DNA of 60,314 bases, counting the filler, from Sphacelaria rigidula (taxonomy: Eukaryota), in NCBI GenBank assembly GCA_964200075.2. It is 6 parts of 6 records of this genome, joined end to end, with 100 filler letters (N's around TTAATTAATTAA, not from the genome) between each part and the next. Parts side by side here need not be neighbours in the genome. Positions count along the whole stretch, not along the records: positions 50,348 to 60,314 come from CAXNAA020007396.1; 5 more parts are not named here. One strand, written 5' to 3'. Numbering within the stretch: position 1 is the first letter of the stretch; each line of letters opens with the position of its first letter. The translations under genes and the position numbers were made by a program. Under the pieces are notes generated by a model that searched no databases, had not been told where the DNA came from, and saw nothing but the letters and a program-made list of their open reading frames with translations. Of this stretch, positions 50,419-60,314 are shown piece after piece.

Positions 50419-51924
50419 CGTACTAATTTGTTGCTTGCCTTAGTCGTTTGGCCATTGCACACGCATCCTTTATGACACGGGGCACTGTTCCTACTCCTGA
50501 TGGAGACACCTTCAACATTTGGGCGCTCATCACCTTTTTTTCATACAGGAGGGGGGGAAGACTCACAATCCAAATGATCTATACTGTACTGTGCTGCATC
50601 ATCACAGTGGCGGAAGCTATGTACTGTTGCACCGTAGATCAACAAAGGGCACTTTTTATTCGTCACACTTTGAACCCTTCTCCTTCCTCGAGACGAGTCC
50701 GTGATCTCAACGGATCGACCCATCTCTCCCCGGTACACGCCTTGCGGTAGGGTCTCGCGGATTGGGTCAGCACTCCCGCACCGCGTCAATTCTCGTCAAA
50801 CAGACTGAGTCGACGACTTTTTTTGTCTACTTACGTCGTTACCTTTCTACGGGGGAAACCAGACACCTCGAAGAAAAAAACCAACGCGTCGGGAATTGAA
50901 CCCACGTTATCTCCACCCTATTAATGGTGACAGTTGGACCATTAGACGAGCAGGGCGCAGCACCTGCATGACCACTACATTTAATTCACTCAAGAAAAGA
51001 ACCGAAACTCCCTGTGGCCCATGCGATTCCCCACCTCAATGTTCGCAACGTGCGCTGGACGTTTCTCAGCATGTAAAGCGAAACTTCAGTCTCCACGACT
51101 CAGGCGATCACCAATAACTTAACGAACATGACCGACGAGATGACAGGATAATACAACTATTCGGGAAAATGAGGAACAAGCTGGCTCGAGCCGTACGACT
51201 GATTCGAAATAATCGAGGCAAAAGCTGGCTCGAGTTACTCGACTCGTCGGGGAAAATATGGGGGATGCCAGCTAACTCGACCTATACGATTGGTTTGATT
51301 ACTTGTCGAACATTAACTGATCACCTCTGGACCCAGCCGTGGTCTCAGCATGAATGTGTCTAAGGCAATCAAAGAGTACTGTAATTCGAAAAAAAATTGA
51401 ACCCTGTTGACACTGGCGATGGAAACGCGTGGACTTCGAGGTGACGTTTTTTCAACGATATATGGGTAAGTTTTTTAGCAGCTTTCACACAAAACTATGA
51501 GCTCGAGGACTGGTTTTCAGACCCGTGAAAAAATGTGCCCCGAGTGCCACGCACGCAAGTGCTAATTTTGGCTGTATGAACAAAGTTAAACACACTTGAC
51601 CCACTGCATCCTCTCATTGGAGAATACTAATCCGACCGCACTGAGGTGTCATTTTTTATGTGCGCATGACGTATGCTGTTGGATTCTTCTCCGGCCGTCC
51701 ACCGCAAAAATGGTTGCCGTCTGTGTTTTCTATCACCATATTTTCCTCTCTGTCAGGGCTTGAAATAATGAGGCGTCTGGCTCGGGGAAGGAATGGGAGG
51801 GTTCCCGAAGGGTTAAGGGCTTTTCTTAACCCTTGGACAGCGACCCCCCGCTGGTAGACTGAGGTAGACACTCCATTTTTTGGGTTCGCAACCATTCCTT
51901 TGTCACGACTCAAAACGCCTACTC

Positions 51925-52195
51925 TACGGCGGAAGGGACCGGGGGTGCCAGCGTCAAGCGCCTGGGGTGGTTCATCGTGAGGGCAATGCCTCGCCCCGAT
52001 AGCCACTGCAGCTTCGTTTGCGAACTCTCTTGCGCGATGCTGGAAGAGCAATTGCTCGGCGATGGCGATCGCCTCACCGTCGGAGTACTTGTCTACATCT
52101 ACGTGCGTAGGATACTCGTGGCCGCCGCTCGCGTATTGCGCCATGACGTTGTACACCAGATGGAGGTGTGGTGCTAGTTGGGCGCTCAGGCAGTA
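51925..52195 (-). other. Coding-like orphan exon or gene fragment
   Basis: ttcag acceptor, then an open GC-rich frame YCLSAQLAPHLHLVYNVMAQYASGGHEYPTHVDVDKYSDGEAIAIAEQLLFQHRAREFANEAA. Family not recognised. Confidence 0.35.
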
Positions 52196-53745
52196 CTGAA
52201 CAGACAGACACAGTGTACCGAAGATGCTCGAACACCTGCTTTTTGGTTATATAATCTATGGTTGATATGGCATCATTAATATGAGATCTGAGGGTAGACG
52301 GCGAAGGTGTCTACCAGCTATCTACCTCTACCGGAACAAAAGTGCTCATTTTGACGACCGTGATTGGTCAGGATGGTCACCCTGCGCCTCTCGGGCCTCG
52401 TGCACGGCTCAACATTTTCCGCAGGAAACTTTCAAATACACATGGTTGACTCCGTGAGGTTCTCCGATGCTTCGCGGAGAGACACCCCCCCCCCGAGTTC
52501 TGGAAACCCCCGGACGTCTCGGGACTGTCAGCCTGTACAACTGTTCCGAGGCGACGCTCGTGGTCTAAGGGTTAACGAAGGGGATTATCCTCTTTTTGAA
52601 AAACGATCGGTGATTGGTCGCTGCGATACCACTCCACCCAAAATAAACTCCCTCAACGTGCACGGAAATCCCCCATTCCAGAGGGGATTTCTGTGCACCT
52701 CGAAGGGGAACATATATGTCCCGTTGACCGGGGCACATGCAAAGGCTAATCACACAACCCAACACAATCATAGCTGAACCTGAGGAACTTGGTCGCCTCG
52801 CAAACGAGAAACACACAGCTCAAGCCATAGCTGCTCATCAGCTGTGCACGTTGTGCGTAACCTTGCTCGAATCTGCTCAGAATTCATTGAGGAATTATGA
52901 TTTGTGTGAGACGCGCGCGCAGCACACGCTTACAAGACGGTCAGCAACGACACGTTTTCAGTTGTTTTTGACACGCACGCGGACGCTATTCGTCCAATAA
53001 AGACTGCCGTGTGTAGATTAGCAAGGGCTAGCAGGGAAACTGATGCGCGTGAGTGGTGGGTGTCTATCCGTTTTTTTCGGGGCTGGGTGTGTAGGTGTTG
53101 TGTGACCTTGTTGCGTGATGTGTGCAGCATTACATAGACCTTGGATCTGCTTGGACCAACGACGACCACCAGGCCCGCCGCATGTCTGAACCTGCGTGCA
53201 GATCTAGGTTCCAATCTGTACAAAACTGCTTGTCGATAGGACTCGGGAGTGGTCGTTGTGGGGCCAATCCCCTCTCAAAAGTTGAGAAGGACCCTAATCG
53301 AGCCAGCTTTAGCTATACAGCTATTTCGGATGAAGCGAGGCATAAGCTGACTCGAGTCATAAAATTCCTTCGACACACGAACGACGAGCCAGCTTGAAGT
53401 CAAACGACTACCAATTCAGCAGAAGTGAGGACGAGTTGACTCGAGCGAAACAACTAACTTAATGTAGTATGAATAGGGAACGATTCAACTCGAGCCAAAC
53501 GATAACTCTCGGAAGGGGGGGGGGGGGAGGTGAAACGTCTAGGTCGATGCATACGACAGATGCCAACGAAATCAGGACGAGCTTGAGTCGAGTCACACAC
53601 AGCCAATGAGGGGACAAACAGAAGCGACTTCGACTTGAGTCATCGGACTCATTCCATTAAATAATGACGAGCCTCAGCCCAGTCGCATACAGACAACACG
53701 GGCGAGAACTGAGAAAGTTCGACTCGTGCCATCATGTCCAATCAG

Positions 53746-53990
53746 GGGAAAAGAATACCTCTGTGCCATCAAAGAGTGGGACTATTCCCCCTACAACGCT
53801 TGGGACAAAACTTTCGGGGAAGAGACGTACGCCTCCATGGCACACAGTTTGAGAGTACAGTACAGTATATCCGCGTGTTACTGGGTTCTGACGGTTGCGC
53901 TGCTCTGTGCTATTTTTGTCATGGCTGCGGTGGTGGTGAACACATGGCGCGCCGTGCGCATGTACCTTTCGAACACCGCTACAGCTGGGT
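53746..53990 (+). other. Coding-like orphan segment with a transmembrane helix
   Basis: cag acceptor, then GKEYLCAIKEWDYSPYNAWDKTFGEETY...YWVLTVALLCAIFVMAAVVV. Family not recognised. Confidence 0.35.
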
Positions 53991-55652
53991 TGAATGCAAC
54001 GGCGAGGCGGGTTTACGCCAGATCATCGTCAAATCATCATGGCGGACGCATTCAGGAAACAAACCTGAACCCTAACCCTCACTCCAATCTAAGGCGAAAC
54101 AAGGACCCCAAGGGAAAGGGGTACGCAAATGAGGTCGAGGGCAAAGTGTGCGTTGCCACGAGCTCGAAACAGCGTCGGTTCGAGCAACAATCGGTATGCT
54201 GCCTGCGTACGACAGGAGGAGGCACTCGGGGACCGTCCGCTCTCTGAAGACCCTACGCTCACGTTTCCAACGCTAAAAATCACGTATTTTCAACCGTAGT
54301 GACTTGATGACCTAGTCGCGTAAACCCCACTGATAGCTTACAGCTCTCTCGGTGTGATGTAGCCCCGCCACTGGCGGTAGCGTGGTTTTCCTTGGATCGT
54401 ATATTTGTATGAACGTTTCCGGTGGTTGCATGAACAAAGCGCTTGACAGAGTCACTCAGATTTCAGCCAATCAGCGACTAAATGCGGTAGTGAAATTAAC
54501 CCATTGCAAGCCGGAGGTGGTCCAACTGTAGAATAGGCATCATTTTTATTCCTTCGAGTGAAAAGTGATGATTACACAGACGAGTCGCCTCTGGTGGTCA
54601 TAGGATTGAACATTACTTTACCATAGACTATGAGCCCCCAAACACATCCGCACTGTACCGCTTTACAGTGTCTCGGCTACGCCCCACTGTCATCTACGCG
54701 CAACGTCCTGTTGTTCAACAAAGGTCGGGGCGGTTGAGCACCGGCACAGCCCGTCGGGTTAGTGTGACGTCGAGGTACGCAAAACACATGTTCTCGATTT
54801 GTGCTGTAGCTTGACGGGTTTATTTGTGCTTCACTCTGAAACGAAGTGAAAACATCATTTCATATGACATCATGATTTCAGTATGATTCTCATGTCACCC
54901 TGGAGCAAACATCATCCTAAACTTCCGCGGGAATATATATACATATATATATATATATATCAATGAGCGATAGTATTCCGAAATGCAGCCACACGCCATA
55001 GGACCTACGTGGCACCTTGTGTACTGTACAGGGCTCCTCAGCGTATGTTGTACCGTTCTACCTGACCATGATGGTCATTTTCCCAAAAATGGGAACCAGC
55101 CGGACTCGAGTCATTACGACAGGAAATCGGGAAAGTAGGCGGACGAGCTGACGCGAGTCATACTGTATACTGTGAGTTTCGGGGTGGTGGCTTGAATACG
55201 GCGACTTCGGACAAACGGGGGACAAGTGGACTCGGTAATGCGACCAATTCGAAAAAAGAGGAACCAGCGGAATCGAATGAGATCGGACGCGCCCAGAAAA
55301 AAGGGTAAGAACATACTCGAAGTTCAAGTCGGAAAAATGGGGGACAAGCTGACGAGAGTCACACGACCAATTTCAGGAAAATGAGGGACGACCTTACCAA
55401 AGCAATCACGACAAATTCAACAAATTTCCCGAACTTGAACAAGGAGAAGCCCCACTTCCGCGACTCTAGTGCAAAAGCCGGCACGGACTCTCGTTCGATG
55501 CGTGTCGCAAATCACAAAAAGCGAAGCACACAACAATAATAAAGCACATCAGGATACAACCACAGACCCGCTTTGAACCATAAGCCCACACCTTACATGC
55601 CAAGACGACAAGCCACGAACAGATCCACCAAAAATACACACTTCTTCCTTAC

Positions 55653-56425
55653 CCTCCATATCCTCCCATGCCCCCGTAAGCACTCCCATAGCTGCTCCCA
55701 TATCCTCCGACGCCATAACCCGTGCTCATCCCGGCCCCGGCCCCATAGCGCCCAGTCCCGTACCCGGCTGCGCCATAGCCACTACTCTGCGTCCCACCAT
55801 AAGGTCCTGCTGGTCCCTGCACCACTGCACCCTGCTGCTGTTGCTGCTTCCACTGCTCTCCACTCGCACTATCACTAGCAATCCCACCGCCGTCGCCGGC
55901 CACCGCTGCGGTTGCCCCCCCCGCTTGCCCCGTCGCGCCGTTAACTTGCCGTCCTGAACTTGTGCCGGCGGCGCCTTGTCCGACCCCCTGCTGCTGCTGC
56001 TGCTGCCCTTGCCCACTACCCCTCGCCGTCATGCTTGGTGATGATCCAGCAGCGACTCTGGTCCCCATCCCTGAAAGTTGCTGCTGCTGCAGAGACGAAT
56101 ACCGAGACGAACCATTGCCACCGTGAACTCCTGGCCCAGCACCATTCCTCCGCGCATAATCGCCGTTTGCCGCCATTGCCGCCGGGGGCGGTGCAGCCGT
56201 GCCTCCGAGCCGTGTTCCTCCTGCTCCCGTCCCCGCTGAAGTGGAAGAGCTAGGGTACCGCTGTTGTCCCGTGCTTGCGCCTATCCCTCTTGCCGCCTCT
56301 CCACCCGTGATGGCGGGGCCTGCGATGTAGCTTGTCGGCGTCAGGGCTCTGTCTGGAGTAGAGGCGGTGCGCTGTTGTTCCCAAGGTTTCGGAGGTGAAG
56401 TTTGGGCCCTGGGCTGGGGTGCCAT
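55653..56425 (-). CDS. PEX13: PEX13-like peroxin, first exon
   Basis: MAPQPRAQTSPPKPWE (PEX13 N-terminal PPKPWE motif) followed by Gly/Tyr-rich YG repeats. Donor GG|gtaagg. Downstream exons not identified in this piece. Confidence 0.75.
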
Positions 56426-59400
56426 GATAATGACGGTGGTGACTTATTCCACCTCCGTGGAGGACGATTAGGTGCCGAGATGCTCCTCGTCTATGTTGCG
56501 TGGTAAGTCGTACACTGAGCCCGACTGCTGGGCCAAGGGTGATGTTCGTTTTGAGTCTGCTAGGAATTTGAGGGAGTAAAAGAGCACAGGCGACATGTGT
56601 CGGCGTGAGGGGAAGGGGGTAACAACACGATTCAGTATGGGACAGTCAGCGTGTCATGCTCCGAGGGTATACGCGCCAAACCAGTACTCGTGTAGCGTTG
56701 TGACGTGTAGAGTACGTGTGGGCGTTTTGTATCTGTGCCATACTACACATGCTATAGATATCTACCCGCTCTTCGCTCCGTGTAGTCCAATGCAAGGTAC
56801 TGCGATTTTTTTTCATCATGAATTATTTTCGACCATCAATAACTGCGTGCCTGTGTCACGACGGTGAAGTGCTTCATAAGTCAAAACCGATAGAAAAGAA
56901 CTTTTCAGCGTGAGCAAAATATATTATCAACAAAAATGATCACGCGTATTGAAGTAACACGAACAGTGATGAGAACGATCTACACATCTCACGGCACTAC
57001 GGGAGAGGGAAATTGAATATGTGCATGCCCTCGCTTGGGGTCAACGATCGTACTAAAGTGCTTCTCCCGCGAAAATGTTACGTCCAACAGACGGATCGGT
57101 ACACACTTTCTCGTATTTTTCCTGCAACGAACATTCGCTGGCGCGGCGCACGCGACAATGTGCCAACTAATGTTTTGGCCCATATGAAGGACAATATTGT
57201 TTCAGGATACACGCGGCAGCTGTCGTTACTTCCAACACTCAACTACAGAAAATTTACCTTCGGTGAACCTTCGACGGCCTTCGTTATAGGAAAAGCCCGA
57301 CATAATTCCGGGTGAAGAGTCTATAATGTCCACAAAATCACGATAAGTACAAAAAAGTACGTTCGTAAACCCTGAAATCATGACAGGAACGACATCGAAA
57401 CGGTGACGCACACCCACACTCGCGGGCCATATAAGTATCATTGCATCTGCACGATACCTCTGTTTGCAACGAACGCTGTTGTCGACAACATGAACAATAA
57501 TAGGCATCGGAGGGCCATGTACCGAGCCGTAACCGCTACGCGGTTAAAAACCATTCTGTACTTGTCATCTCAATCGATGCCGACCCGCCGAAGAGATGCA
57601 GATATGACGCCAGTATGTTTCCGTGCGTGGGAAATGCGGCGTAACCGCATCCCATGTATCTTTCGATGGTTGGCTACTGTCGTTTCCCACTTTTATTTTA
57701 TAATCACTTTGCTTCTGGATTCCTCCACCGCGGCTGGACCAACCGCCGTGAAACTTCGTGCTCTATTCGGACACAACACAGGCAGCATGTGCACCAATCG
57801 GCGGTACGTTCGGACCGTGCTACAAAACGAACAAAGCAAACACCGAATTTGGGCAATACCCTCGATACACCATCAAAATGGCTTTCCCGCAGCCCAGATT
57901 TCTCGCACCGTGAGTGAGTGAATATCTGAACACATTGGCGTACTGGCTGCCACATCATGAGCACCTGGGCGGCTGCTGCGCTTGCGAACTAACACCCATC
58001 TATACTGGGTCACTCTCTGGATAATGACAATCTGTAAAATAACTCATGTACATGTCTGCTTGTAGAGGTGCTCTGTACGGGCGGGATGACCGCATGCGCG
58101 CTGTCGGCACTGCAACGCGCTAGAATATCAGCCGCATGTCATGTGAAGCACAGTCAAAAAGACCATGTCGCTGAATCTGGGGTTGCGCCTTGCAGCAGTG
58201 CGCAACGGGGTGAAAAGAGGACCCATTCTATTCCGAAAAAGACTATTTGATTTTAATTTTGACGCAAGACTGATCTACAACGCATTGGGCTGATTTGTAT
58301 GTTCCAGTCTGCCAAACATACGTTTGTGTTCAAAAAGGGTACAGTAACGAGCAGAAGGGAGGTCACGTTGCTGCATGCAGAGCACAAGATAGTACGTCAG
58401 AGGCGGCTGACGGAGTCTACCCTCGTGTTGACGTTTGCCACATGGTCACTCCTCTATCTCCCTCGACATATTCAGTCATACATGGAGGGCTGAAGGCCCA
58501 CTGGCGTGTAAAACTACAGTAGTGAACCAGTATATAAGCGGATAACGTAACGGAGCGAGGCGGGCGATTGCAGGGCTTCTGCTCTAAAACCAAGCAGTCA
58601 TGTTGTCAACCATTATTATACGCTCAAAGCTTTAGGTCTACTGGTTTGGACCAAAACCAAGTAATATAATTCCGGGAAGGTTCTAATCGATGAAGTGGTG
58701 AACACTATTTCGCGGACGGGCTGCGGGACCACCGTATCGCAAATCTGAAGGGTACAGCAGCGCGACACTCCAGGATGTGAGCATTTAACCTTCTTTTCAG
58801 TATTCGAACGCGTAGATCTCGAGGTAATGCACAGGGGCGAGAAGCAAACAATCGGCGCCCACCTCTACCCCCTCAATGAGGGACGCCCTAGAAGCACTTA
58901 CAAGTACAGGCACGAGCGGCCCTGTTCAAGGAGGAGTCTGGGGGAGCAGTAATCCTTTTATTTACGATTTTTACTGTTCATTTCTAACGCAAGAACAGAT
59001 CCCACAACCCGCAGCCGCAAGGACATCTCTTCGCGTCCAAAACGAGAAACTTACGTGCGACATACTTTCCCCTTCTCTTCCCCCAGTCTCCCATCATCAC
59101 ACCACATCACCCCAAAACGCACGTACCTCACGCCAGTATCGTGGCTCCTCCGGCTCGGGATCAAAACTGCGCTGTCCTGATTTTTTATGCTCCTATGAAG
59201 GATGATATTTCGCCGGACTTCACCCGGAAGTGCAGGTTGAAGCCCCACAAGCTAATATAAGCGTAACAAGCGACTTTGATTGCTATCACTGCTCTCCGAT
59301 ATCTATTCAGACACTACCCAGACATGTTCAGACACTGGCTCCACGCCCAACGGGAAACCCCCGCATTGGAATTAATTAACTATTTTTGAATTAAATCACT

Positions 59401-59797
59401 TGCACTTATAGTCATTTTCTGAGAGATATGTTGTTGTTGTCCCTGCTTCCTTTCTTCTTTCCTTTCTGTGCTGTTGGTTCTGTCTTCTTCTATTTACTCT
59501 CTTCTTTGTTAGTTAGTCTACTTTTTATTTTCTTCTCCTGATCACAGGCTGCATGGTTAAAATAAGTGAACGTCATATAATCAAGCAATCAATCAATTCG
59601 ACCGTCTAGCCGCGGGTCTGAGTACAAAAACTGTACCAATATCAAACGGATCCTGTCTTCTGGAAAATGACTACCGGACGCGTGGGAGTATAGCTCAAGC
59701 ATGAAGATCGAGCTAATGTACGAGCAGTTTTAAAATGCTTGTTGCAGCACCGGAACGCTACAACAAAGCGATAAAGCGCAAAGTAGGTAGAGAAGTA

Positions 59798-60067
59798 ATG
59801 ACGATCACGGCACTGCTGACACTCATTCTCGCAGTTCAGACCCCGTGCACGCGAGGATTTCAATTGCTGGGTGCAGCGATTAGTATCCCTGGTTCATGTT
59901 CAACAAAGCCCGAGGGGAGAGGCAGACCACGCCGGCTGCGCTCGCCTGTTACGCGGGGGCGCTGCAGTAGTTATGCTGGAGCTGTTCAATCATCCCTCAC
60001 TGGAGGGGATGCGGTGATGGGTGGTGGCCCGAGCGATTCAGCGACCACCGGACCTCCTCCTCTTAAG
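59798..60067 (+). CDS. Probable first exon of a plastid-targeted protein of unknown function
   Basis: MTITALLTLILAVQTPCTRG-FQL reads as a signal peptide with +1 Phe, followed by an S/R-rich transit-like stretch. Donor AAG|gtgaaa. An upstream in-frame ATG at 59735 is also possible. Confidence 0.5.
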
Positions 60068-60314
60068 GTGAAACTCTTCGAAGGTTGCGCTCGTGTTTCA
60101 TGTCTCACTGCTTGACCATGTGACCACGCGTTGATGCTCTTTGTGGTGTAGCAGTTTTCAGTTTTCAGCCGACATACGAGCTGGGCTGGCCTAGACGCGG
60201 ATTTACAGCACACAGACGAGTTGAGACGTGATCCGCATAGCGTACGAGCTGGGCCAGCCCAGAGGCTGCATGAACATTTGCAGGCGGATGCGCCGGCCAA
60301 TATTTGGAGTTAGA

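Overview
This is eukaryotic genomic DNA, most consistent with a brown alga or related stramenopile (inferred from short exons, kb-scale introns, a bipartite plastid presequence and the repeat types). It is not one locus. Six unrelated ~9.97-kb pieces (1-9970, 10071-20040, 20141-30109, 30210-40178, 40279-50247, 50348-60314) are joined by artificial N44-TTAATTAATTAA-N44 linkers. Piece 1 holds three exons of an RNAi-type RNA-dependent RNA polymerase (RDR). Its 6.2-kb intron contains a decayed, intronless, virus- or plasmid-like transcription module: a very compact RPB2/beta-like RNA polymerase subunit split by an apparent ~2.7-kb inversion, a divergent TBP-like ORF and a possible beta'-like remnant. 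This is the most unusual object in the window. Piece 2 holds seven exons of an AGC/PKG-like pseudokinase with one GC-AG intron. Piece 3 is mostly repeats. Piece 4 has one SUMF1/FGE exon and a hAT-like element with palindromic arrays. Piece 5 has a chromovirus Ty3/Gypsy element lacking the RT core and RNase H. Piece 6 has a PEX13-like first exon head-to-head with a probable plastid-targeted gene. Many MITEs and a poly-C/G-associated repeat family ending in ATGAGTAC are scattered throughout. All family assignments come from motif recognition by eye; no searches were run.
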